This document shows positions 53,070 through 64,000 of a stretch of 64,000 nucleotides of DNA, piece after piece. The stretch lies in the NCBI GenBank assembly GCA_004022145.1, contig RCNU01000001.1. One strand, 5' to 3'. The first letter of the stretch is position 1. Each line of letters opens with the position of its first letter. Below the pieces are notes generated by a model. It was given only the letters and a program-made list of their open reading frames with translations, made no database searches and was not told the origin of the DNA. The stretch comes from Paecilomyces variotii (lineage: Eukaryota). Position numbers and translations under genes: made by a program.

Positions 53070-54005
53070 TCAACCAAAGCTACCCTCCTGCATTAAGGCT
53101 CCCCGTCTGATGGTCTCATTGTCATCATTAATCCAATCTTGAAAATGCTCAAGTGGTAGTTCTCCCTCTCGGCCTGCTGTTACCCGTTGGATGGCGCCAA
53201 TGAACTCCCGGCCAAACCCAGGCCGGTACGCAAGTTCAGGATCTCCCTGGACGAACCCTTCAGCATCCAGCGGTTCATCCCGTGGCTGTCTGTCCCGTTT
53301 TTCTGCATCGGGATCTCCTGGGTGATAGTCGCAGAAAGGGTCGAGGGCAAATATACCGCGTTTCAGATCATCGAATAATTCATCGGATACATCGACCGGG
53401 ATTTGTTCGATGCTATCCCTCAGCTTGTCCAGTAAAGCTTGAGCACTCCGACGACGTCGTCTGCGATGTAATGCCACATCTGTCTCCATCCGTTCCAACA
53501 GTCTCAGAACTTCCTTTTCAGACCCCGCTGCGGCGACGCCCTTCTCCACTTCCCACGTAAGATGATTAAGTTCTTTTGAGGTTTTCTGAAAGATGGTATC
53601 AACCTTTGCGCGCACAATAGACACTCTAGATGTGAGAGAGCGCGCAAGAGGGCGTTCATAGAGGCGTTCCCAGAAATCCACCCAGTAGGCAAACCCAATG
53701 CGGGATTTGCTCATCCGCGTCAATTCGAGGCATGCGATAACGTTGCGACATGCTGACAGTGTCTGGAAAGCATCGCTGCGAGCCTGTAATAGGGGAATAG
53801 AAGCATAATAGCGAGGAGGGCCCCTTCTCGACTCTGCACAAGTGAAAGGGACACTGGATGTTCCCTTCTTCTTCTTCTTCTGTGGATGGTATTGCCGAAA
53901 TTTGGCGCTTGCCAGGTCATGGCTTTGCTGGGGTATCAATCTGTCATTTTCCGGTCCTGACAAAGTCGCCCGCCTTCTAGAACGGATACTTGGGTGGTTC
54001 TGCAT
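53070..54005 (-). CDS. Hypothetical protein, about 311 aa from the first ATG (frame open to 54113)
   Basis: Long ORF with basic KKKKK and RRRRRR patches and a helical core (YWVDFWERLY; LFDDLKRGIFALDPFCDYHPGDP); no family recognised. Confidence 0.7.
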   Translation of the reverse strand: MQNHPSIRSRRRATLSGPENDRLIPQQSHDLASAKFRQYHPQKKKKKGTSSVPFTCAESRRGPPRYYASIPLLQARSDAFQTLSACRNVIACLELTRMSKSRIGFAYWVDFWERLYERPLARSLTSRVSIVRAKVDTIFQKTSKELNHLTWEVEKGVAAAGSEKEVLRLLERMETDVALHRRRRRRSAQALLDKLRDSIEQIPVDVSDELFDDLKRGIFALDPFCDYHPGDPDAEKRDRQPRDEPLDAEGFVQGDPELAYRPGFGREFIGAIQRVTAGREGELPLEHFQDWINDDNETIRRGALMQEGSFG

Positions 54006-55750
54006 CCGAACACGATTATTCTGTGGTGTATCAAGTCTCAAGGACGAATGGTGCGCGTCTCCCGCACCTGAAAGGAGGAGAATTGAAAGAGGAAATATAA
54101 ATATCAGCGTCAAGAGGGCGACAGGATAGAATAAGATATACAGGTAGATAGTAATGAGTCCGTAACGAGCGTGTTTTCGAGTGATGCGTTAAGGAAGATC
54201 AGGTCGATCATTCGTTATTGTAAGAGTTATCCTCTCAGTGTGTACGCTGCTAGAGAAGGAACAGCCGATGAGTCTACAATGAAAGGGAGAGAGCGACCTT
54301 CGATGCAGGTAGACGCAGATACAGACAGTGTCGGCAGGATCGAGCGAAATTTGATGTTTGTCCACCACGTACTGTACAAGTGAAATCTTGTGTATTCTGC
54401 GACTACTACCGCGGATGATACGTCGCGAGTATTAACGAGCGAATCTAGGCTATATGAACACCGCTACCTTTACCATCATAACAAATTTATGCTAAACTCA
54501 GGAATATAATACATTTTCTGCCTTGCAGTCTGGCCCGTTATTGTTCAGAAACGATGTGCCCCAGAACCATTCGGGCATCTCTGCCATCTAATACAAGACT
54601 GGCCGATGGCGTGAATAATCGAATCGCCCTGACTATGCGTTTCGAGTACGTTTATGACTTCCATTTTGAGACTATCACGCCTCTGATTGCCAAGTTCTTG
54701 CCCCTTGTTAACGTCCGACGGGCGCCCTTTGTAAAAAGGGCCCGTTGAAGGGATAATACCCCTGAGCGCTGATCGGGAAAGTCGGCGACCTTACTGTAAC
54801 ACGATTTACAACGGCAACATCTTTTTGTATGATGGCTAGCGTTCATTCCACAATGCCGCCATTTTTAGGGTCTGACGAGCATTTAGAAACGCGTCGCGGC
54901 CCGAAGTCTAGACTGTCGAAGTATATTCTTATTTGATGACACTGGTCTACTTTGTGACCCCCGCGACTAACTACTTATTACGTTGAACATTATTCAGAAT
55001 CTTATGGGCAAAGTATTCGAACATAGATGCGGAGTCAACTTTCACACGTTGAGAATCACGCGTTTTGTAGGATGAATCCAGCACATCTAGGTATGGTATA
55101 GCTTCACATTTACCTCTCACGGTCATCGGATATTTCCGCATTCTGGGAAACGTGACAGTCCGCAACCCCGGATAGCCCCACTGCTACAAGGGGTAATAGA
55201 TTTACTTCTCAAGAATGCAACATTCGCACTGCAGAACATACAATGGTGCTCTCCTTGCGAGAAGGAATGTCCTAGGCCATGGCGCCCTCGGCTTTCGATA
55301 CCCGAGCACCTTGAGCGGCGTCTTCTCGACCTTTGGCCTCTCTTTGATTTTCTTCTTATGGTTTGGCCGAAGTCCACGAGGCTCCCCTCTAAACCAAAAC
55401 CTACAGGCGGAAGATTGAGACATTCTCGAGGTTTTATGGGGTTGTGGAACTAATTGAGAGTAGTATGCAGCCATCAGGCTGTACGCGAGAAGAGAACCGA
55501 CTACCCTTTAGTCGGTCTCGACCATCGTCAATTATGGGCGACTCGTGCCTTTGCTTTTCTCTTTAAGCCAGAATCCCATCTGGCTCTTCTATTCTTCTTC
55601 TACTCAGGTCTTGCCTTATCTATCTCTCCGGCAGTCACAGATAGGGCTTTCATCGATTATTCTTGCGGCAACTGTTTAAATTGCCATTAACCATATATCA
55701 GCGCTTGATCGAAGCCTCCTCGGCAAATCCAATTCAGAGTATCGCCCGAT

Positions 55751-56548
55751 ATGCGTCTACTCACCTCTCTATTCGCTGCCGCGCTGCTCGTTACCTCCGT
55801 CGTTGCACAAGGGAAAGTTGCCTTTACAGAGTGGCCGCCTGCCGTGACAGTCGGACAACCGGCCACCCTTAGATGGACCGGAGCTACCGATAGTGTAAGT
55901 TCTACTGCATCAAGTACATAATCATTTCAAGTCATTGACCGCGATTTTGTGAAGCCTGTGACCATTACTCTGAAAAGGGGCGATGCGAATGATTTGAAGA
56001 ATGTCGAAGTCCTCACGTCGGATGCCCGAGGTGGCACTTTTCAGTGGACACCAAGCCCTGACTTGACGGACGGGTCTGACTATGCTTTCCAAATTACTCA
56101 AGATGGTCAGGTTAACTACTCTGGTCTTATCACTCTCTCTGGTGGTTCTGTGAGTGCCGCTCCCGTTTCAACGGCATCAGCAGCATCAGCAACGTCGACA
56201 CCAGCCGCAACTGTCCATTCAGCAGCTACTTCAAGCCGCTTAACCACGGCTGTGACCAGCTCTTCGACCACTACTTCAGCAAGCCACCGCAAAGAGGGAA
56301 CTCTCACGAGCAAAACCCCAGTTTTCGGAACTGGTTCAGTCACGGCCCCCCGAAACACGACATTTAAGCCAGCTACTCTCAGTTCTACTGCTTATTCTAC
56401 TGCTGGTCCCGTTACCACAACTTCAGCTGCCTCTAAAACAACCAATGCAAAGAACGGGCTAGCAACTGCCTCTACTGGCGGTGCTTCTTCGCTTACGGGT
56501 TCAGTGGCTCTGATTTTGAGCTTGTTCGCTGCATTCTATGTCATGTAA
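55751..56548 (+). CDS. Secreted, probably GPI-anchored Ser/Thr-rich cell-wall protein (Kre9/Knh1-like N-terminal domain); exons 55751-55894, 55955-56548
   Basis: Signal peptide MRLLTSLFAAALLVTSVVA; VGQPATLRW..VTITLKRG..FQWTP..YAFQI..VNYS; S/T stalk; hydrophobic C-terminus. Confidence 0.88.
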
Positions 56549-56935
56549 ATCGCTATGTCTTAAGACTATATGCAGCCGGTGGACCTTCGATATTTGTTTG
56601 CAATCTACGTCTGGACTTCAAGGCAACTGGCCTCGGCATACGATGCACATGTATATGTTAGCAGGAAAAAATTGTTAATGACTGTTACTCATTCTTTCCG
56701 TCGGTTTCTCGATCTCTCGAACACAGGATGGAATGCTCTTCGCCAGAGGTTATGCTTCTTCATTTTCAATATAGGCATCGATTAGTGACAGACCCCCATA
56801 TATACGAACTGATGAGGCAAGTTTAATGCCTCGTGTCTAGTATTCGATGCACTATTAAATCAGATTGCCATCGAAAACAACTCCTCGAGTTTTTGCCTCA
56901 TATACCTTAGTTCTGGGAGCCTATCATAATCATCA

Positions 56936-57023
56936 TCCGGGATGGTCTAACGGTCATGATTTCCGCTTGTCATCCGAACAGGAACGAGCGCGGGAGACCG
57001 GGGTTCGACTCCCCGTCCCGGAG
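56936..57023 (+). tRNA. tRNA-Asp(GTC) with 16-nt intron (type A)
   Basis: Acceptor stem TCCGGGA/TCCCGGA, anticodon loop TTGTCA, intron TCCGAACAGGAACGAG, T-loop TTCGACT, downstream T-run. Confidence 0.95.
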
Positions 57024-58382
57024 TTACTTTTTGCCTCCGCCATCTTAGGATGGTTGAGTATAATAATAACCCTTTTTTAATTCCTTCCTCTTTTTGCTTC
57101 GCATTTACAGAGGGTTAAGCGTACAATAATAATGTATAGCCACGGAACCCAGTTTTAATTCCAGTGTTGACTCGGGCATCGGGTCTCCTTTTTCAGTCTG
57201 GCGGAACAAAAGTGCAGACAGGCAGCAAAAGACAGGTATGCAATACTGCAATAACCTCTAATGTCTGATCGACGGTCAAGATGAACCTCTGGTATTGCTA
57301 CTGCTCTATAATATCCGCTTCTAGGTGAATGAATACCTCCGTGTGATCGGTTCATTACCTCTTATTGCTCCGAGGTCACTCTGCACTCGTGGCTGGAGCG
57401 CATGTATGCAGCAACCTGGTACTATGTTCCTGTGGAAGCAATGTTATCGGGTCTGTGGTTCCATTGTGTTTTTCTGTTCCAGGTTATGGCCTGAGTAAAT
57501 ATGTTCTCGGATGTTTCATTTGTTGGCTGCGCTAGGTTCATCCTCCGGCTATCGTGGGTATCGACCTCTACAGTACTTCTCGCAGAATGATGATAAGGGT
57601 TGCAGTGATTGGGTAAAATATTTGTTTTATCGGTTCCTTCTTGTCGGCGTACAAAGCGAGCGCCAGGTGATCTATCAATCATCAGTTTGCGGCAGATTCT
57701 TTGAATCCTGATTATGGGATAGAACCCACTGGATTACTACTAGATTACTAGGTTACTATGATCTAGATTATTTGTATGCTAGAGATAAATGTGGGATCAA
57801 ATCCCCCCTGCATCTAGAAGCAAGCAAGCAATTCAAGTCGTTCAGGTCAGACCTTGCCTCCGTGCTAGAGGATTCGACACTTTTCTTGTGATTGTCTTCT
57901 ACGTTTGTGGTACTGGACAACATATAAATCATGTGTTGTGATCAGTGACGCGGGGATATATATTTACTGGACCAGTTGGCCAAACACTTTAGACCAAGAA
58001 GCCGAGCGATCGAGGCATGCAATTACCACTGACATACCGCAAGAACAAGGAGACAGTGTAATCCAGGATAGAGTCCGTGTATAACAAGCTGCCTTCCGGG
58101 ATATACGGGGCTATTAAGCCACTACACTACGTAGCCATGCAGAATTACAGACAAAATATCTGTTCATGCGTACTATCGAGCACTATTTCACTAAGAGCTT
58201 AATGCTTAGTATCTACAGAAGCAATACAGGTTAGACAGAATAAGAGTCGAAGACAATGCAGGGTATCGGTTTATGCTGTGCTCTGTCTGCATCCAGACCT
58301 TCGCTGTAACAGTAGACTGAGTGCGCATCTCTTGCTGTGCGAATAATTGATATGGCAGAATCTGAGAAGTTTGATTAAGTAA

Positions 58383-58469
58383 TCCGGGATGGTCTAACGG
58401 TCATGATTTCCGCTTGTCATTCGAAAGAAACGAGCGCGGGAGACCGGGGTTCGACTCCCCGTCCCGGAG
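58383..58469 (+). tRNA. tRNA-Asp(GTC) with 15-nt intron (type B)
   Basis: Same mature sequence; intron TTCGAAAGAAACGAG; T-run terminator. Confidence 0.95.
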
Positions 58470-60450
58470 TATATTTTTTGTTTTCGAATAAACACTTTCG
58501 GTATCGGTAGCATCGCGTTGATATTATTTTTTTTTCCATTATTAAAATCGCGCACCTCATGCATACAAAATACCAAACGACATCGAATACGGCGGGAAAC
58601 GAAATAAATATCGAGTCATCTAGTCTCTAGTCACGCAGTGGCTGTTAGAGATACTGGCGATGATGTTGATTTCTCTTGTGAAACCCAGAGTACATATTCG
58701 CCTTTACTGCCACTTTCACCTGCATATTGGCGAACATCAATAATTAGCTGCAATTGTGGCCTTATTTCCACTTCAGATGGGCTTCTTGTCGATGGAGACA
58801 GCACCTGCCGTTGTTATCGGCAAAGCACATCTGGAATGCCGATCATCATGTCATTGCCTTTCCTGTAGCTATAACTCCGCACCAAGTCTGCGCTCTTTTG
58901 CTTTGATAGACGGTCTAGAGCCACAATTGTTTTATGGTATGATAGTATTCCACCTGCGTCGGACACAAGGCGGTCCTTTCTAATGCACCGACGCATTAGG
59001 ACACCAAACGAACATGACCATATGCTAATTGTTGAAACGTACATGTCTAGAGCAGATTATACCGTGCTCGATATCGAGTTTAACTTTCACTAAGCACATT
59101 TGGATGTATATCAAATAGAGAAGCCCGAAGGGCAAAACCGCATAACTTTCCCCTCTGCCGCTGTCGGTGATATCGAGGGGTCTACTGCTTTGCATATTGC
59201 CATCCTGATCTGCACACATATTATATAGTACCTAATTTTACTTTTGCGCTATTTTAATACCGGGAGGGGAAAGAGGGCTGATCAATACCGAATTCTCTTT
59301 AATTGATCCTGGCTGGTGTCTCCAGCAGTGCGTGACATATTCTGTGTATTTTGTGATACTGAGAAAAGAGAAAACCAGCAGAACAAGAAACCGATCGAAA
59401 CTCATCCCCCTACCACCTCTGCAGATTTATCTCTGTGACTTGGACTATTAACTGACATATGAGTGGTACTACATCCTTTGCCTTCCTCTCGCCTCCTTAT
59501 CCTCCTTTTCGTTAGCTTCCATGTATGTTCTCCGACGCACGAAGATATGGAAGACCTAGAATACCGTACACATCAGTTAGAAAAGATTCCAGGTCGATTT
59601 GTCGCATGAAAGGCCATCGAAATTACAATGAGGCGCAGATCTTACACAACTTCAACTGCAGGAATCTATTGCATACGTCCTCCTCAAGGAACAGAAATTC
59701 ATTTTGTGGGGAGACACCAGAGGATCAGAGAGTCACCACGCCACAAGCTACCAAGTTTGAACTCACTGCGTCCTTTTTACCGCTTTGAGGGCAGTCCATG
59801 GTGTTTCGAGGATGGCCTGGTCTTCACAAGATCCTGTATGAAAATCTTAGAAATGCAAACTACATATAACTATCAAATTATCCCCCAAGAGCTGCTGCAA
59901 CAACCTATGCTGGTTTCGATTAATGATCTGTCTGAGATCCTATGTCTACGCACTGCCATGTGTGATGAGGATTTCGTTGGAAGAGATCGAAGCGACGGAG
60001 AGCACGCTTACGTCCTCTCGTAGACGCCGGCATCATATGAGCTGCTGAAAAAAGAAGGGGTCTTAGTGGTGTGGAATTCGAATGGGAATCTCAAAGTATA
60101 CCTAGGTATCTAAAGGTGTTGAATCGTGTCAAAAGTAATCCACAGAGACAACCATGTACCTCTATACAGTCTACAAAAGATAATGATACCATCGTGGTCA
60201 CACGTCTCGCTTCTTTCCCAAGGTCAAAGGCACCATTCCCGGTTTATTGCAGATGCAACGTAATACTCATAGGCCATTCTATGAGGAGCCGCACGCTTAT
60301 ATTACCCTTCTGTGATATACATCATTGGAGAAAGTGGACAAATGACTCTAGACCTGAGGTAGATTGTAGACTGCGTATCTTCTCCGCTCTCAGGCAAAAG
60401 ATAAGAATATCTGCCTGCAATAATACCCTTTCGAGAAGGCCAAAAAAAAA

Positions 60451-60537
60451 CTCCGGGACGGGGAGTCGAACCCCGGTCTCCCGCGCTCGTTTCTTTCGAA
60501 TGACAAGCGGAAATCATGACCGTTAGACCATCCCGGA
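60451..60537 (-). tRNA. tRNA-Asp(GTC) with 15-nt intron (type B)
   Basis: Exact reverse complement of 58383-58469; T9 terminator. Confidence 0.95.
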
Positions 60538-60975
60538 TTGGGAATGAAGCATATTTTCATATATGACTATATCAGCGTATACTGTTGTAGAAAGCCTCTG
60601 TGGATGCGGCATCTACGGAGTACAGTGGGATGCATTTACTTTTCGTGAAGCACTAGTACTAACTAAGATGCCAATGAAATTCTATTTGAAGCTATATGTA
60701 ATCTAGATTTAGTACTACTTTCGCTCTGTTAGCTGTTATGCTAAATAGTTTGTAATGAATTAGAGAATGAGTAATATCGTGCCTCGTCTCTTAAACAAGA
60801 ATGCGCAACAGTAAATTCAGTTTTACATAGTCACATAACAGTTAACTATCGATAGTAGTTATGCTTCAGCTTATACAACCAAGCTAGCGCTGTCAGAAAA
60901 GTGAATAATGCATCGCAGACTAAGGTATCCCACTGTTATGGAGGCCCAAACCGGGGTAAAAAAAGCAAAAAGATA

Positions 60976-61063
60976 CTCCGGGACGGGGAGTCGAACCCCG
61001 GTCTCCCGCGCTCGTTCCTGTTCGGATGACAAGCGGAAATCATGACCGTTAGACCATCCCGGA
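60976..61063 (-). tRNA. tRNA-Asp(GTC) with 16-nt intron (type A)
   Basis: Exact reverse complement of 56936-57023; T-run terminator. Confidence 0.95.
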
Positions 61064-62761
61064 TCTGGATGTCAGGTGGCTTGAAAAAATGATTCAGATC
61101 TTTGTTTTCTACGACGACCGAGGTGAAGGGAAACAGAAGGCAGAGACGGGAGACAGAGCGTTCTGCCCGCAGAAAGCAGCACCGCGGAGATACCGCCTTC
61201 TGAGCGGAAGCCAATAATGGATGTACGGCCTGTATCTAGCTATGGTATGGTTGAGTATCTTTATTTTTAATAGTCTATAAGCCCTGTGGAGCCTCTGCGC
61301 ATTTCAAACCGTACATTAATCTGCCGCGATGGTGGTGGGTATGGATCTCCTGATTTCGCTTCGATCGCCGTCGACCTGTCGAGTCGACCATACCGCCCCT
61401 GGACACTGATTCCGTGTGAGGACCGTAAGTACATACATGGTACATACTCCAGTTATGCCATCTGGAAGGTATAGACAACATTGGGAGAGAGTGTATTGCC
61501 AGGCTCAGCTACAGCCTACGAGGCTCTTTGTTCTCTACCTAGGTAATTCAAGGGTCGAGGACGGGCCCCGGAAATTGTTGTTGTCTCGCTGCGGGACTGG
61601 GAAATTGCAAGGGTGCCTCTTAGCGAGAGTTCAATTGACGTGATGAGCTGGTTCTCCTTAACACCCGTGTTTCTTGATATCTGCTCTGTATTTGGAGGAG
61701 CTGTGACGTGTTATATTCCTAGCATGGGCTGCATGGCATATTTTCCTTCCTCGGTTCCTGGCCTGAGAGCTTATAGAGAGATCTTACTCCGTGGTCAGTC
61801 ACACCACCTGAACTGTACCAAGCATCAGCGAAGCCATCAAGAGAAAATCCTCTTACTGACCGCATAGCTATTAGTTATGTCTAGCAGCTAAACGTACACC
61901 GGGTATGTCCACAGCTCACATCGGTGGCATTTTGGGATTGTGGATTTCTATATGCGAAGCCGGGCCAAGGAAGTACACTCAGGTTGCCATTCTCGAATGG
62001 AGCAAATGGTATAAGGTGCCCAGCAACAACCATGGACGATTTCAACCTTCACTGCCAACACATAGTTCAAATGAGAGAATCATCTTTGAAGTGATACGCG
62101 TCCCAGCCAGAGCTGATGAGTGGGTTTCCTAGTGCCCGCGTTTTAGCGTACAAGGATTCAGTTGTCCCTGACGGACACTAATTAGTTACCAGACAACACT
62201 GACATCAAGAGGTTGTGCCCGTCGGATCGGGCTTTTATCGTCCACCATTCTTGGAAGAACTCCCAATGCCACACAGATAGATCTCTCACCTTCTTTTATA
62301 CTGTTTGAACACACACTAGTTCTTCTTTTCTTCGTCCTTGTCTTTGATTCAAATAGACTGTTCATCTCAGTATCCTTACGTATCTGCATCCTGCCCGTCC
62401 AGGGCCGGGCGACACATGGTGCCGTGCACTCTTGGTTATCGCCCCGACGACGCAATATAATGTTTATCTATGCAGAAACAGCGTAACGGTCCATAATATA
62501 TCGCACTAGTACGAATGCAAGCTTGGAAGCTTGGTTCCTTTTGTGGTACGTTGATCTCTGTGGCACGCATTCCAGTCCCGCTCCGCATGCTGCTCTTGGT
62601 CCCTTCTTTGCCAATTTGATCGCTCCCCAGGATTCCCGGAAGCTCGAATGAGAATCGTCAGGAATCTGGACTGGCAGACATCTATCATCAGCCTGCTGCG
62701 TCATTTCCTACTCGTACCTCCGTGTCTTGGTTCCCTTGATCTCTGTTCTCCTCCATAGCAA

Positions 62762-63881
62762 ATGGTTTTCATGGCCCGCTTCAGGCGGGGAAGGAGAGAG
62801 CCCAATGTCAGTGAGACAGTTATTAACTCGAAAATCGTTGTATCGGCAATTCCAGACGTCCCTCGAGTGAACCTACCGCATGTCGAAACCTACTTGAACA
62901 TGCACCAACACAACGGTCTCTTTGGAGAAACTACTCCTGAGCAGCAGAATGGTTCCGCAGTCGATCCCTCATCAGGTCTGTAATACCGTTGACGAATAGT
63001 CTATACTTCCCACGAGAGCAACGACCCGCTGACGAACAATATGTTCTGCAGGCACCGATGACACTAGCCTTTCTCCCACCGCCGCTGCTAATACACATGG
63101 CGACACTGCCGCACCAGAGTGGTCCTCTGCTGTTGGACATGCGGCAACTGGAAAGTCTGGTCGTGTGATACACAACCTGCAGGAGGATATTGCACGCCTG
63201 ACGAGGGAATGCAGCCTATACCGGTCCCGAGCCGAAGAGGCCCAGCGGAATAATGAAGCGCTCAAGACACAACTACAAAATATGACGGAACGTGTCCGGA
63301 ATCTGGAGCTCTCCCACGAGGCGAATCTACATTCTATTTCGCGGAAAGATAGGAAGATCGAGGAGCTGAGGAGTGAATTACAAAGCGAGAGAGACAGACG
63401 GGAGAACGCGGAGGGAGAGACACGCAAGATTCATCAGATTATGGCGGATTCTCGCGACGACTTCAACCGCAAGTGCGCAGAACTCCAGGAGATAGCGAAC
63501 TACTCCCAGACGCAGTATGACGTCCTCGCGAAATCCGGAAAGCGAGACAAGGCAGAAACGCAGAAGAAGCTGAACAGTATCCGGGAGGATTTTGCGGATC
63601 TTCAACGCCAAAATGACGAGAAAGATATTCAACTCCAGCGACTAGATGTTATAATGGCCCAGAAGAACCGAGAGATTGAGACCGCTACAGAGCGTACACA
63701 GCAACTCCTTGAGTCATATGAAGCCTATAGGAAGGAGAATGACCAAGAACTGAGAGGATTGATCGAGAAGGGCCATCAGAAGGATAAGATTATCGATGAG
63801 GCGCTTGCTTCGCTCAAAGAGACCGAAGCAAAAATGAAATGGACCATCCAGGTCAAAAAAGAGGTTAAGGGAGCCGAATGA
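62762..63881 (+). CDS. Coiled-coil protein, She3-like; exons 62762-62975, 63052-63881
   Basis: Phase-1 intron GTCTGT..GCTGAC..CAG joins the two ORFs; WSSAVGHAATGKSGRVIHNLQEDIARLTRE followed by a long heptad coiled coil. Confidence 0.8.
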
Positions 63882-64000
63882 ACAGAGTGGAAGAATCTCC
63901 GTTGAATTGGGATTCCGTTCCCTAAACCTTATTTCGCCCTTTTTACTGTGTGACCAATATCGACAAAGTGTTGGCTCCGTTGGTACCATCCTTCTCATAA

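Noticed and set aside
53070-54113. DUF3328/UstYa oxidase partner for the repeat precursor
   Set aside because: No HxxHC motifs, so a dikaritin cluster is not supported within this window.
59628-60023. 131-aa ORF between the inner tRNAs
   Set aside because: No recognisable domain or codon bias, so it cannot be supported as a gene.
58394-61214. Short ORFs sharing SGTGSRTPVSRARFFRMTSGNHDR or MISACH sequences
   Set aside because: They are translations of the tRNA-Asp genes.

Overview
Intron-rich filamentous ascomycete DNA (Eurotiales/Aspergillus-like, inferred from GT-AG introns with CTRAY branch points and from the protein families). From about 2 to 51 kb lies a mostly housekeeping block: GMP synthase, a three-exon hypothetical gene, acetyl-CoA hydrolase/CoA-transferase, Sin3, PP2A B55 subunit, a hypothetical protein, fumarate reductase-cytochrome b5, COP9 subunit 4, TFIIF beta, a ZC3H3/Red5-like CCCH protein, a bZIP factor behind a ~7 kb apparently gene-free region, a Sel1-repeat Nif1/Dsf2-like protein, ATP4 and NOC4. 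From about 51 to 62 kb is an accessory-looking stretch: a secreted repeat precursor, an orphan ORF, a GPI-type Ser/Thr-rich protein and four intron-containing tRNA-Asp genes. A She3-like coiled-coil gene ends the window. Most striking: (1) a 1.19 kb Sin3 intron between PAH2 and PAH3 holds a same-strand 212-aa ORF with a histone-tail-like N-terminus, an RVxF motif and an NLS, plus hairpins and an open read-through frame; (2) the tRNA-Asp genes form a mirror array (A> B> <B <A) paired by intron sequence; (3) a secreted Pro/His/Trp/Tyr repeat precursor has LxxR-acidic junctions. Exon boundaries were read by eye and family calls come from motif recognition, not database searches.
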